From the IMG/VR virus record IMGVR_UViG_3300045119_000356, positions 6,276-70,275 of that record: DNA of 64,000 nt; one strand, 5' to 3'. This DNA comes from a virus. Below are positions 28,031 through 37,757 of this stretch, piece by piece. The notes beneath the pieces are model-generated. The model ran no database searches. It had not been told where the DNA came from and worked only from the letters and a program-made list of their open reading frames with translations. The first letter of the stretch is position 1, and every line of letters starts with the position of its first letter. The position numbers and the translations under genes are program-made.

Positions 28031-28402
28031 TCAGCCAAGGTGGCCGTCTCCTTCGTTGTCGTGATTCGGGTTAACCCTCTCGACCTCCTCAGCGAGGATC
28101 TCTCGCTCGCGTGGGGTTAGGTCTCGAAGCCTGGTTTGACCGATGCTTTTGTCTCGGTACAGCGACCGATTTCTAGTCACTTCGGTCAGAAACTTGCCGG
28201 TGCGAGTGGCGGCCCAGCGTCGCTGCGATTCGAGGATCGCGGTGACGCGCATCGGCGCGAAGCGGGGGTCTTCAGGGCAGCGGAATACCTCTACGGCGGA
28301 GATCTCGCCGGCAGTGATCAGGCGCTTGCCTTCGGCCATGCGCAGCCGAATGTGGTTCGCCTGCTCCATCGCGTCCATCCACTGAGGTTGTTCGGCGGTC
28401 AT
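28031..28402 (-). CDS. Actinobacterial integration host factor (mIHF/sIHF)-like H2TH protein
   Basis: A...AN.IR...A..K..I..GE, V..IL.SQRRW...R...FL and L..LT.RER..L pattern. Confidence 0.6.
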   Translation of the reverse strand: MTAEQPQWMDAMEQANHIRLRMAEGKRLITAGEISAVEVFRCPEDPRFAPMRVTAILESQRRWAATRTGKFLTEVTRNRSLYRDKSIGQTRLRDLTPREREILAEEVERVNPNHDNEGDGHLG

Positions 28403-28878
28403 GGCCGGCAATACGTCCCTCTGCCTTCGCGCTCGGCACCTCGAAGCAGGGCGCCGCGACGAACGAGACCCTCCAAGATCTCCTTGGCGTGACGGCCCAA
28501 GGAAGGCTCACGCACAAGTACCTCTGCCACCGTGGTCTCACCGTCGAGCGCGTCAATGGCACGGCGCTCGCTGTTCGTCTTGGCGCCATCCTCATCTTCG
28601 GGCAACTCGGAGCCCGGCATCCTGTAAATCTTGCCGCCACCGCGCTCTCGGCTGTACTCGGCGCTTACTGAGCGACGCCGAACGAGACTGGTCAGGATCG
28701 GCGGAACAGCGCTCTCAGGGACACCCAGCTTTTTCGCAACGACCCTGCGGAGATCGGTGCCCTTGATCCCGTTGTGCGCTTCGACCTCTTGCAAGATCGC
28801 AGCCTTGATACTCGATGCGCGATCAGCGTCTTGGCCTTGCTGGCGCTGGAGACGCGCGTCTTCGGTAACCGGAGTCAC
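28399..28878 (-). CDS. Winged-HTH DNA-binding protein
   Basis: VAKKLGV....V..IL..LVRR and a second L..LVRRG.L wing; start uncertain. Confidence 0.5.
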   Translation of the reverse strand: MTPVTEDARLQRQQGQDADRASSIKAAILQEVEAHNGIKGTDLRRVVAKKLGVPESAVPPILTSLVRRRSVSAEYSRERGGGKIYRMPGSELPEDEDGAKTNSERRAIDALDGETTVAEVLVREPSLGRHAKEILEGLVRRGALLRGAEREGRGTYCRP

Positions 28879-29266
28879 TTCCTTCTTCCAATCATTACCT
28901 CTGCCGATTTGATTGGCTGGACTCGCAACCCTCGACACGAACATTCTGAGCAGCTACCGCTGGTTGCATGGTGCCTTGCCTCGACGTGTCCACACGAGCA
29001 CCGCTTACAGCCATGAAGGCGCTCATGGGCCTCTTCGTGGGCTTCCGTCTCGCTGAAGAAGGGGCCCATGACTTCTCCGTTGGCGAGACGCAGCTTGACC
29101 TTGGCCTTCACTGCTCCCCCGTACTCCTTTTCCCCATGCCAACCTTACGCTGCTTGAGCTTCCCGCAGCCAGGAGTTTCGCAGCGCTTACGTTGGACTAC
29201 ATCGAAGCCTGCTTGTAAGTCTTTCCATTCCCCGTATCTATGGATATGTAGCTTCATGGAACTCTC

Positions 29267-29746
29267 CTAACCGTTACCGTTGCGGCGCGGGTGTTTGTCG
29301 CGACCCTGGATCACTTCTCGAAGTGCAATCTCGAAGATCTTCGGAATTTCCTCCGGCTCTATGTCCTCGGCTTCCTGCATCCGTTTTGAGAGCGCGTCGA
29401 AGAACTTCGAGGCTGCTTCGCCGGTCTCCTTGACGGTGACCAGGGCGCGCAGATCGCCGTCCTCTGGCGGATTTCCCACGAGCATGTTGACCGGAGGGTG
29501 GTTCGCACCCCAAAGCCTCAGCGTGATCGGTGCACCGTTCGCGAGGGCCTTGCGCTCCCCATCGGTGGGTTCCCAGATCGACTCGAAGCCAGGTCGCTGA
29601 TCGCCTGTCTCCTCGTCTGCGAAAAACATTCGCTCGACGCAGAGATCCCCTCGTCGTTGATCGTCCGGCAGCCCTTCCTCCTCAGGAAGCACGAGCCTGA
29701 CATTCGAGTCCTTCGTCTCTACTGGTTTCACTTCTTCTCCTCTCAC
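29267..29746 (-). CDS. Conserved phage hypothetical protein (paralog of 42998-43279)
   Basis: S.W.P...E...L..G..I.L......HPPV motif. Confidence 0.6.
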   Translation of the reverse strand: MRGEEVKPVETKDSNVRLVLPEEEGLPDDQRRGDLCVERMFFADEETGDQRPGFESIWEPTDGERKALANGAPITLRLWGANHPPVNMLVGNPPEDGDLRALVTVKETGEAASKFFDALSKRMQEAEDIEPEEIPKIFEIALREVIQGRDKHPRRNGNG

Positions 29747-29778
29747 ATCGCCCTGGTGCGCCAGTCAGGCTACCAGTT

Positions 29779-29794
29779 TTTTACCTAGGTACTA
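29779..29794. promoter_or_regulatory. Palindromic operator upstream of a TAGCCT -10
   Basis: TTTTACCTAGGTACTA. Confidence 0.6.
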
Positions 29795-30091
29795 ACCGCC
29801 ATCGAGCCGGCGATCTATCTCGTCCATCGCTGCCTCAACCTCGTCAACGTCGAAGGAGACAATCGCCACGCCGCCGGCCTCGCGGATCTGGCGCAGCTCG
29901 TGCTCTTGGATCGGCGTCGTCCGGCCTCCGGGTTTCTTCGTCTCGGAGGCAATGAAAAAACCCCTGTAGCAGATCAATCGGTCAGGGACGCCTTGGCGCG
30001 TGGCCGCCGAGCCATGCGTCTTGAAACTCCAGCCGCCGCGGCGACGCACGACTTTCTGAATCCGGGTGTCGATTGCCTTCTCAGAGGCCAT
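29792..30091 (-). CDS. VRR-NUC domain nuclease
   Basis: E..I...I, G.PD....RG.F...E.K..GG...P.Q motif. Confidence 0.85.
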   Translation of the reverse strand: MASEKAIDTRIQKVVRRRGGWSFKTHGSAATRQGVPDRLICYRGFFIASETKKPGGRTTPIQEHELRQIREAGGVAIVSFDVDEVEAAMDEIDRRLDGG

Positions 30092-30250
30092 GTCGAACCC
30101 CAGGCATAACGGCACGGGCCCCCGCGGGATACAAGGGCGAAGCGGAGGCCCGTGCCAACACCAGCACGCGGAGAGGAGAAGTCTCTGCGTGCGCCGAGCA
30201 TAGGGCGCCGTTCCTCTGAGGAGCTCGGATCGCTCCATAAAATCCCGGTA

Positions 30251-31948
30251 TCACCGTGCGCTTACCTCCGGCACCGGCAGGCTGACGGCCTCGCCGCCGG
30301 CCGGATCGCACAGCGTCAGCTTCTCCCGCGCCCTGGTGAAGGCGACGTAGAAGAGGCGGTAACTCGGTGCCCGTGTAGATGGTCGCTCCCAGGTAGAGGA
30401 CCACCCCTTGTGACTCAGATCGGGGAAGACGTAGACCGAATCTGCCTGTCCGCCCTTTACGCTGTGGATGGTTCCGGTGACGATCCTCGGACTCTCGCGC
30501 AGCGCCGCACCGCCCCTGCTCCGGTAAACCTCGATCGGGTAGCGGCTGGCTTTCTGCGCATCGGTGAGGAGGTTGTTCTCCCACCACTCGATTGTCACCT
30601 CTGGGCTCTCCGCGACCTCGAAGAGATGGTCGAAGAGCTCTTCAGAAGCGAGCTGCTCGGCCAACGTCGCAGGGTTGACCAGCCTCGGCTCCTCGCCTTC
30701 TTTTTCCGCCTCAGCCGCAGCGCGCGCCTTCGAGACGATGAAGTCCTTGGCGCCGCGGTTGAAGTTGCCTTTCGCTTTGACTTTCTCACCCCAGGCGCGG
30801 ACATCAGGCCAGGTGTACCAGCGCGACTCATCGCCCCAAGTCGCAGGATCGGGCCGCAGAAGAGAGAGCAGCCGCCGAGCCCCGCGAAGCGGGTTCCACC
30901 CACCGTGGGTGACCCGGAACGGATTCCAGAAAGGCACGCCGCCGCGCTTCAAGACGGCGATGGTCGGCTCCAGCATGTAACCGCAGGAAGCCAGGATCAT
31001 CACGCTGCGCCCTTGCTCAACGTCTTCGAGGACTCTGCGCACCATCCCCTCGGGTTCCCGCCAGGTCGAAGAGCAGCGATTCACCTCGCCCTGGGCATAG
31101 CCCTGCGAAGGGTCGTTGGGATCGACGAGCCGCGGTTTGTAGTCAACTGGCGGCCGGTCCTCGACCTGCTGAATCCAGTTGACCGCGTAATCGTGGACGG
31201 CCGCCGGCACCCTGTAGCTCTGCGCCAAGACGCGCTGACTGGCGAGATCGCCGGAGAGCATCTCCTGAGGGTCAGTGCCTCGCCAGGCGTACAGGCACTG
31301 ATCGGGGTCTCCAACGACCACGATCTGTTCGCAGCTCTTCGACCATTTCCGCGCGAGCGCGAACTCCAGCGCCGAGAGATCCTGCGCCTCGTCGAGCATC
31401 ATGATCTGCGGCATCGTCATCGGGATATCGACCTCTTCGAGGGCGCGCTCAATCAGATCTGTGAAGTCGAGCCGGTTGGCTTTCAGCTTCCAGGCATCCC
31501 AGGCCTCAGCGAAGCGCAGCACCTTCGGCGGCCAGAGCTCGCGCGGTGCTTGGCGAGCTCGCAGGGTGCCCATCGTCGCAAGCAGAAGTTCGCCCTGACT
31601 GGAGTCTCGCTGCTCCGGTGCGTAGTCGAGGTTGACCTGAGCGGAGTTGCCCATTTTCCACACCAGGCCCTCACGCTCCGCGAAGTCGTTCCAAGCAGCG
31701 AGACCGTCCGGAGTCTCGGCCAGCTCGGGCTTGTCCAGGACGCGATAGGCGTGCGCGTGCAAGGTGCCGACGCAGCGCCGCGGGATCGGCGTGTCTCGGC
31801 CGGCGATCTCCTGGGCAGCGGCACGAGTCAGCGAAGCGATCATCACGGCGTCGGGCCCGACCTTCTCAGCAGCTCGGGTCGCCTGTCCTGCAAGGTAGGT
31901 CGTCTTGCCGGTGCCCGGTGGGCCGATAACTAGATGCTCAACGCTCAT
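30251..31948 (-). CDS. UvrD/Rep-like SF1 helicase
   Basis: GPPGTGKTT, TLH, DEAQD, GDPDQ, L.QSYR, TIHSVKG, YVAFTRAR. Confidence 0.92.
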   Translation of the reverse strand: MSVEHLVIGPPGTGKTTYLAGQATRAAEKVGPDAVMIASLTRAAAQEIAGRDTPIPRRCVGTLHAHAYRVLDKPELAETPDGLAAWNDFAEREGLVWKMGNSAQVNLDYAPEQRDSSQGELLLATMGTLRARQAPRELWPPKVLRFAEAWDAWKLKANRLDFTDLIERALEEVDIPMTMPQIMMLDEAQDLSALEFALARKWSKSCEQIVVVGDPDQCLYAWRGTDPQEMLSGDLASQRVLAQSYRVPAAVHDYAVNWIQQVEDRPPVDYKPRLVDPNDPSQGYAQGEVNRCSSTWREPEGMVRRVLEDVEQGRSVMILASCGYMLEPTIAVLKRGGVPFWNPFRVTHGGWNPLRGARRLLSLLRPDPATWGDESRWYTWPDVRAWGEKVKAKGNFNRGAKDFIVSKARAAAEAEKEGEEPRLVNPATLAEQLASEELFDHLFEVAESPEVTIEWWENNLLTDAQKASRYPIEVYRSRGGAALRESPRIVTGTIHSVKGGQADSVYVFPDLSHKGWSSTWERPSTRAPSYRLFYVAFTRAREKLTLCDPAGGEAVSLPVPEVSAR

Positions 31949-33648
31949 ACGATGTCATCCAAGAGGCTGGACTGCATCTCTAGGCCTAGTTGCCCAGAAT
32001 CCTCGTGTTTCGATTTCATCCTCTGACTTTTGTTTAGAGATTTCAGAACCATCGCTACGTCCTCTCCTTCGTGTTTTGCCCAAAACGCGATACGAGCCTG
32101 GGCGATCGCGATGTACTCGACCTCCCTCTCGATGCCGATGAAGTCAAAGCCCTCCAGGGCAGCCGCACAGCCGGTCGTGCCGCTGCCGAGGAGCGGATCG
32201 AGGATCAAGCCGCCCGGCGGGGTCACGAGCCGGCAGAGCCAGCGCATGAGGTTGATCGGCTTGACGGTCGGATGAGGGTTTGCAGCCATGGGGTTCCGCT
32301 CGTTCCCGCTGCCGGTGAGCATTGAGCCGTCGTGCGTGCCCTGTAGGCCACCCCCGCGTTTCTCCTCAAACCCCTCCAGCCCCGCATTCCTCTCAGCTCG
32401 TGAAGTCTTTGCGCAGTAGAAGAAGCGGGAGGCTCCGCCTTGGTCGGAATAGGTGACGGCCTTGTCGGTCCCATTGGCGCCGTGATAGCCAAGGCTCGGG
32501 GTCGACTTGTCGTAGTCGCCCGAGCTTCGCCGGTCGCCGCTCTGCGCATCCAGCTCTGCCGCTGCCTCCTCGCTGAGGACGACGTTGGCGGGCCAGCGAC
32601 CCGCGGGCGAGCCGTTCGTTCCTGGCGACGGCTCCCAACCGTCGTCGTTAATTAGGCCGAAGTCATCATCGGTGCGCTTGCGCTCGGTGGCCTCCGTCCC
32701 AATTCGGCAAGCGGCTACGTTGATCCCCCCGGTCCCGTGCTCCAACACGTTCTCTGCGACAGTGCCGATGAGGGGCTTGCGGGCTACGACGATCGGCTCG
32801 TGCGCGGGCTTGAGGGCGGTGCCCCAGCCCTCCCATTGGGCGGCCTCGGCAGTCTTTGCGGCGGTGATATCGCGGCTGCCGTCGCCGATGATTGCGACGC
32901 TCCCATTGCCGGTGCCTATGCCGGTTGTTCGCTCAGCGACCTTTTCGCGCTCGGCCTCAGCAATGATGCCGCCCCACTTACTATCCATGCTCAGCAAATC
33001 GCGAAGGGCTGGCCACCATTTCGCATCGGGCCACTGGTACTTCTGCCAGTTGGCAACTGCGCCGGTTCGTTTGCCGACCACCTTCTCCGCTACGTCGAAG
33101 GTGTTCGTGTAGCCAGCGGCGTCAATGGCAGCTCGCAGCTCAGCCGCAAACTCGGCGTGACGGCCGACACCGGGGCGCTTATCAATCGCCTTCGATACGT
33201 CGAGGGACTTGGGGAAGCCTGATCCGTAGAGCCAGAGCAGGGAGTCACGGATCTCAAAGCCAGCGTCCTCGACTCCGGCAGCGAGGCGGTGGTAGGTCCT
33301 GGTGCCGCACGAGGCGAGTAGGTGACCACCGGGCTTGAGGACCCGGAACGCTTCACAAGCCCATGCCTCACACCAGCCTTGGTAGCGACGGTTGGCGGTG
33401 GCGAGCGGCACCCGATCGCGGGCATGGCCTGCGCCGCTCTCAGGCCGGGGTTGCGAGCGTCGGCGCTTGCCGCCCTGTACCTCAACCTCCTCATCGGGGC
33501 CAATCGGCGCGAACACACCCGGCTGATCCCACTCGTGCCCCATGAAGCCGATCCCGTAGGGGGGGTCGCAAACCACAGCATCGACGCTGGCCTCCTCCAT
33601 CTCGGCCATGCGCTCGATGCAGTCGCCTTGAAGAATTTCGTAGCTCAT
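31945..33648 (-). CDS. N6/N4 DNA methyltransferase (beta class) with HTH-like insertion
   Basis: N-terminal DPPY; HPTVKP and DPLLGSGTTG near the C-terminus. Confidence 0.9.
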   Translation of the reverse strand: MSYEILQGDCIERMAEMEEASVDAVVCDPPYGIGFMGHEWDQPGVFAPIGPDEEVEVQGGKRRRSQPRPESGAGHARDRVPLATANRRYQGWCEAWACEAFRVLKPGGHLLASCGTRTYHRLAAGVEDAGFEIRDSLLWLYGSGFPKSLDVSKAIDKRPGVGRHAEFAAELRAAIDAAGYTNTFDVAEKVVGKRTGAVANWQKYQWPDAKWWPALRDLLSMDSKWGGIIAEAEREKVAERTTGIGTGNGSVAIIGDGSRDITAAKTAEAAQWEGWGTALKPAHEPIVVARKPLIGTVAENVLEHGTGGINVAACRIGTEATERKRTDDDFGLINDDGWEPSPGTNGSPAGRWPANVVLSEEAAAELDAQSGDRRSSGDYDKSTPSLGYHGANGTDKAVTYSDQGGASRFFYCAKTSRAERNAGLEGFEEKRGGGLQGTHDGSMLTGSGNERNPMAANPHPTVKPINLMRWLCRLVTPPGGLILDPLLGSGTTGCAAALEGFDFIGIEREVEYIAIAQARIAFWAKHEGEDVAMVLKSLNKSQRMKSKHEDSGQLGLEMQSSLLDDIV

Positions 33649-35306
33649 CCAAGTTCCTCTTTCATGATCCGCCAGTACGAAGCCGTAGATCGCTTCCCAT
33701 CTTTGGTTTCATAATGAATCGTCTGCTGCTCGAAGCCGGCTCGGCGCAGCAGCGGCGCCAGGTCAGCCTGAGCGATGCGCTCCCTCATCGCCATCTTCAC
33801 GTAGCGCGCAAGCGGGCCGGCCTTGACGTGGATGAAGCCCTCCTCGTCGAACGGCTCACCCTCGCGCGCTGCCTCCTCGCGAGACGCCCCAAGCCGGTCG
33901 TCGGTATAGCGCTTGACCCACTCGCGCGTCTTGTCCTCGACCTCCTCACGGATCTGGGCGATCCGCAGCAACGCGGTCAACGCCGAGATCCAGCGCAGAT
34001 CCTCTTTGATCGGGTTCATGACGAAGCCGGTGGAAGGCCCGATTCGTTCGTCGAGCCGGCGCGTTTGGCGCAGGTTGTTGTAGGGCCCAACGTTGATCTC
34101 TTTGCCGTCAGCGAGAACAAAGACGAAGCGCGCGTCTTCGGGCTCGGTGCCGTACTGCACGAGCTCCTTGATTACCGGAGCGCCCTCTCGGCCGCCGCCG
34201 ATGATCTCGTTGAAGAGCGAGATCGCCCGACCCGGATCTGGCACGCCGTTTGGCGACTCCGCCATTTCAGCCATCTCGCTGATCGCTGCGTCCTGGTGTT
34301 CGCTGCGCTCGTCGATCTTCTTGTTCTGGTGCGCCTTGGCGATAGTGCGCTCCAGGTAGTCCTGCCGCACTGCCTTCTCATCGTGCTCGCCTACGTAGCG
34401 TTTGCGGTGCTCGGTGATCAGCTCGGCAACCTCGTCATCGCTCCAGCCCGCATTGACCGCCATTGAGGAAAGAGCGAGGTCGTACTCAGACATCGACCAG
34501 CCCTTCGTCTCTCGCTCCCGGCGCGAGTGCTCCCAGGTATGGCGAAACGATTCGCTGTGCTCCTTCAGCGCTTCAAACTTCTGAAGCGGCAGCCGTCGCT
34601 CGGGGGAGATCTGCACCTTGCCAGCGGGCTCGTGCGGAGGCACCGCCGCCATCGCTCGGGTCGCGAGATCCTCGACCGGATAGCGCGGCCCATCGTCCTC
34701 CAGCACTCTGACCGGGGCCGTGGTCCCCTCCGGTCCCTTGTTGTTGAGGGTGCCGGGCAGGCGCATCAGTCGTGCCAGATCGTGAGTGCTATCCAGCCCG
34801 AAGCCCTTGTCGAGCGCGGCGTTTCGCAGGAGGCGTTGCCAGCCCTGCGCCATCCGACCTGCCTGCCCCCGCTCGTCGTCGGTGCGCAGCATCCACGGCT
34901 CCTCCAGCAGCCACCAGGCCTGCACTCCGTACCCGGAGTGGACGACCAGCGTCGGCGTCAAGATCGCGTTCGCGACTTCGAGTGCCTCATCGACGTTCTG
35001 GGCGAGCAGCTTCCCCGGCGGATCGTCGGGCCCGCCGGCAACGTCGATGTCTGCCCACACGCCTGGGACCGCGGCGGCGTGTTTGGCCTTCGGGCGCTTT
35101 GCCCGCGGAGCTCCGCTGCCGGCGAGCGCGGCGTGGACGTAGACATCTGGTTGTCCTGCGAAGCGCTCAGCCTCAGAGGCGTCGCCCAGGTAGTCGGTGC
35201 GCTTCGTTGCCTTCGTCCACAGCGCGATCCGCGCGTCGGGTGAGGGCGCGTCTCCGAAGAGGTCTCTGAGGAACCCCGCTGCTTCGCTCTTGTTGCTTTC
35301 TCCCAC
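33645..35306 (-). CDS. RepB-type (AEP superfamily) DNA primase
   Basis: WADID, HSG.G..AWWLL and D.ARL.RLPGT.N.K catalytic motifs; SE.D..L...Y..RTI.KA helical bundle; no helicase Walker motifs. Confidence 0.8.
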   Translation of the reverse strand: MGESNKSEAAGFLRDLFGDAPSPDARIALWTKATKRTDYLGDASEAERFAGQPDVYVHAALAGSGAPRAKRPKAKHAAAVPGVWADIDVAGGPDDPPGKLLAQNVDEALEVANAILTPTLVVHSGYGVQAWWLLEEPWMLRTDDERGQAGRMAQGWQRLLRNAALDKGFGLDSTHDLARLMRLPGTLNNKGPEGTTAPVRVLEDDGPRYPVEDLATRAMAAVPPHEPAGKVQISPERRLPLQKFEALKEHSESFRHTWEHSRRERETKGWSMSEYDLALSSMAVNAGWSDDEVAELITEHRKRYVGEHDEKAVRQDYLERTIAKAHQNKKIDERSEHQDAAISEMAEMAESPNGVPDPGRAISLFNEIIGGGREGAPVIKELVQYGTEPEDARFVFVLADGKEINVGPYNNLRQTRRLDERIGPSTGFVMNPIKEDLRWISALTALLRIAQIREEVEDKTREWVKRYTDDRLGASREEAAREGEPFDEEGFIHVKAGPLARYVKMAMRERIAQADLAPLLRRAGFEQQTIHYETKDGKRSTASYWRIMKEELG

Positions 35307-35392
35307 GGCGTCGCCGGATGGGCTTCAACGAAAGGAGAGCCCCCGGCGGGGACGCCAGGGGCTCTCCGAGATACTTCGCTGGCCCCGCCTTG

Positions 35393-36151
35393 TCAGCTTG
35401 CGTCCACCACCTCCGCCTGGGACTCAACTCGGACCGCTTCAAAGTGCGGGCGCAGGGCCTCGGAGTAGCTCGCCATGATCTCGGCGGTCTCGTCGTCGAG
35501 ATCCTCTCCCATCCTGAAGGTCGCCGCGCTGAAGTCGGGGACGCTTTTACCGGAACGCTTCTCTAGCCCGACAACCGTGGTGATTCGCCGGTAATCCTTG
35601 GAGTAGTCGGCCAGCATCAGGAAATAAGCGCTGGCAGCTTTCAGGGAGGTCGGCGGCAAGGTCACCACCAGCGGCAGCATCCGGTCGGGAACGATCAGGA
35701 AGAGCTGCCTCGTCAGCTTGCAGGCCTGGCCGCGGCCAGAGCCGGTGTCCGAAGAACCCCACTCGCTGAAGGCGCAGGTCTCGCAGAGCAATCTGTTCGT
35801 CGCCTCGTCGAGAGTTGCCGGAATCTCGATCTCGTTGTCACCCTTGACGGCGTGCTTAGCGTCAGAGGCCGAGCAATCAGGCGGCTCGTTGTCGCCCTCG
35901 TAGGGCTCAGACCAGTAAGAGCGGCTGCTCTTGTACATCACAACGACGCCTTGGAGCTCTTTCGTTGCCTCGGAGCCAGAGAGCGTGGGGACTTCCCATT
36001 GCAACCCGCCGCCGGCAGGAATGCGCACGCGGGGGAGACTGAACTCGTTTACGTCTTGACCATCCAGCGTCTCGCGGAGCAGGTCGATTCCCTGCTGGCC
36101 GCGTTTGACGATGGAGTAGTCCTTGGTGGGGACAAGGGCGGTTCCGGTCAT
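35393..36151 (-). CDS. Putative single-stranded DNA-binding protein
   Basis: PPDC.A.D, C..C....WGS...G.G.ACK and LPPTSLK motifs; located in the replication operon. Confidence 0.55.
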   Translation of the reverse strand: MTGTALVPTKDYSIVKRGQQGIDLLRETLDGQDVNEFSLPRVRIPAGGGLQWEVPTLSGSEATKELQGVVVMYKSSRSYWSEPYEGDNEPPDCSASDAKHAVKGDNEIEIPATLDEATNRLLCETCAFSEWGSSDTGSGRGQACKLTRQLFLIVPDRMLPLVVTLPPTSLKAASAYFLMLADYSKDYRRITTVVGLEKRSGKSVPDFSAATFRMGEDLDDETAEIMASYSEALRPHFEAVRVESQAEVVDAS

Positions 36152-36171
36152 TGCTTTGAACTTCCTTCCTG

Positions 36172-36648
36172 TTAGTCAGAGACTGGCGCCAGTTGCTCCG
36201 GCGCCTCTTGCTCTTTGGCTTTCTTCGCTTTCACGACGATCTTGTATTTGGGCTCGAAGAGGAGCACTCCCTCCAGCTCGGGAGGTAGGTCGCGGTCCCA
36301 GTGCTCTTCTTTCGCGAGCGATGAAACGCTCTTGGAGTTGTAACCCTCGGTTACGTACTCGCCGTAGCCCGCCGCCTTCAATGCTCCGCAGATCACAGCC
36401 TTGCGCGTGGCCTTGCCCTCGTCGCCATCTCCCTCAGGCAAGACGATTTTCACGAAGCCCTCCCTGCGCATGGAAAGCACCGCGTTCGTGAGCGGCACGC
36501 CTTTGACCGACTCCGCCGCCCATTGCTCCAGAACCTCGTCTTCGAGTTTCTCCAGCTCGCCGTTGATCTCCTTCGCCCGTTCAGCGATCTGGCGCTTCTC
36601 GAACGTCAACGCAGCGATCTTCCGCTCCTTCTCGAACCGATCTGCCAC
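36172..36648 (-). CDS. Coiled-coil replication-module hypothetical protein
   Basis: Strong RBS ggagaggag; N-terminal coiled coil. Confidence 0.65.
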   Translation of the reverse strand: MADRFEKERKIAALTFEKRQIAERAKEINGELEKLEDEVLEQWAAESVKGVPLTNAVLSMRREGFVKIVLPEGDGDEGKATRKAVICGALKAAGYGEYVTEGYNSKSVSSLAKEEHWDRDLPPELEGVLLFEPKYKIVVKAKKAKEQEAPEQLAPVSD

Positions 36649-36666
36649 TGCTTCTCCTCTCCGGGT

Positions 36667-36785
36667 GGACGCTGGCGAGGGGCCGAGCAAGCAGCCACCT
36701 TGTCCCCAAGTTGACCTCGCTGCGCGCCCTCGGCCTCTTCCGGCGAAGGAGTCCGACCTTCGGGGTCGGCCCCTCGCCAGCGTCC
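36667..36785. repeat. 20-bp perfect inverted repeat in an operon leader
   Basis: ggacgctggcgaggggccga (36667-36686) and tcggcccctcgccagcgtcc (36766-36785). Confidence 0.9.
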
Positions 36786-36828
36786 TGGCCTAGTGCTTGT
36801 GGGCACCCTACACCAGGACGCCCTAGAT

Positions 36829-36844
36829 TTGTACCTAGGTTTAG
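36829..36844. promoter_or_regulatory. Palindromic operator
   Basis: TTGTACCTAGGTTTAG. Confidence 0.65.
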
Positions 36845-37191
36845 GACTCTTCCGCTTCGTCTCCCGTCTCCTCGTTTTCCTGCGCGCCCTCGACCGCTTC
36901 TTCGGCCTTCTGGCGCTGCTCGTCTTCTTCGACCTGTTTCTGCTCGGCCGCCTGCACCGCGGCGCCGACCTGGCTTTCAGCGAGTTTCGCCGCGCACTCG
37001 GGTTTGCTCGCGTGGACGAGCTGCTGCTCGCCGCCGGGCGAAGAGCCAGTCACCGAGAACTCAATCCAGCCGTCCGGCAACGGCGCCATAGCCGTGTGCT
37101 GCACGCTTGGCGTGTCCGGAGTTCCCTCCAGATCAACGGTGTCCTCGCAGTCAGGCGCGTCGCAGGTGTAGCGGGTAACCAGCTTTCTCAT
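36841..37191 (-). CDS. Hypothetical protein with acidic tail
   Basis: TCD..DC, P.GW and H...EC motifs; RBS gaaggag. Confidence 0.6.
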   Translation of the reverse strand: MRKLVTRYTCDAPDCEDTVDLEGTPDTPSVQHTAMAPLPDGWIEFSVTGSSPGGEQQLVHASKPECAAKLAESQVGAAVQAAEQKQVEEDEQRQKAEEAVEGAQENEETGDEAEES

Positions 37192-37210
37192 CGGCCTCTC
37201 CTTCGTGGTC

Positions 37211-37522
37211 TCAAATCAGTCCCCAGACACCCAGGATGACCCAAAGCACAACGCGCAGGGCGCCGACGATGATGGCGATGATCAAGAGCAAGGAGACGAA
37301 TGCTTTCAGCCCTGCCCATAGTTTTAGCCCCGTCAGCCGGCGGCGGAGCTTCGGACTGACCGGGTCGGGCTGGCCGGTGACGACTTCGAGCACATCGCGC
37401 AGAGATTCCTCCAGCTTCGCCAGTACCTCTGGCTCGACCTTCGCCTGGTCGGCAACGTCGAGCGTGACGACCCAGGAGATCGCGCCGGTCTCCTTCTCCT
37501 CGTGGACAACAATGCCGCTCAT
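37211..37522 (-). CDS. Membrane protein
   Basis: Long hydrophobic C-terminus. Confidence 0.55.
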   Translation of the reverse strand: MSGIVVHEEKETGAISWVVTLDVADQAKVEPEVLAKLEESLRDVLEVVTGQPDPVSPKLRRRLTGLKLWAGLKAFVSLLLIIAIIVGALRVVLWVILGVWGLI

Positions 37523-37757
37523 AGAACGGCGCGCTCGACTTCCCTGACGCCGTTCGGAGCGTCCTGCGGCCCAAGGATCTCGACCTTCTTCACCTCACCG
37601 AAGCCATAGGCAACCGGCGGGCCGCTGCCGATGTCTAGGGCGATGGTCGGCTCTCCCCGCTCGTTGATCATGACTCCGACGAACTTACCCGCCGTTGCCG
37701 TCTGCTTGCTGTGAACGTCGATGCGGGTACCGGGCTTCAGGAAAATCATCTTCTCGA

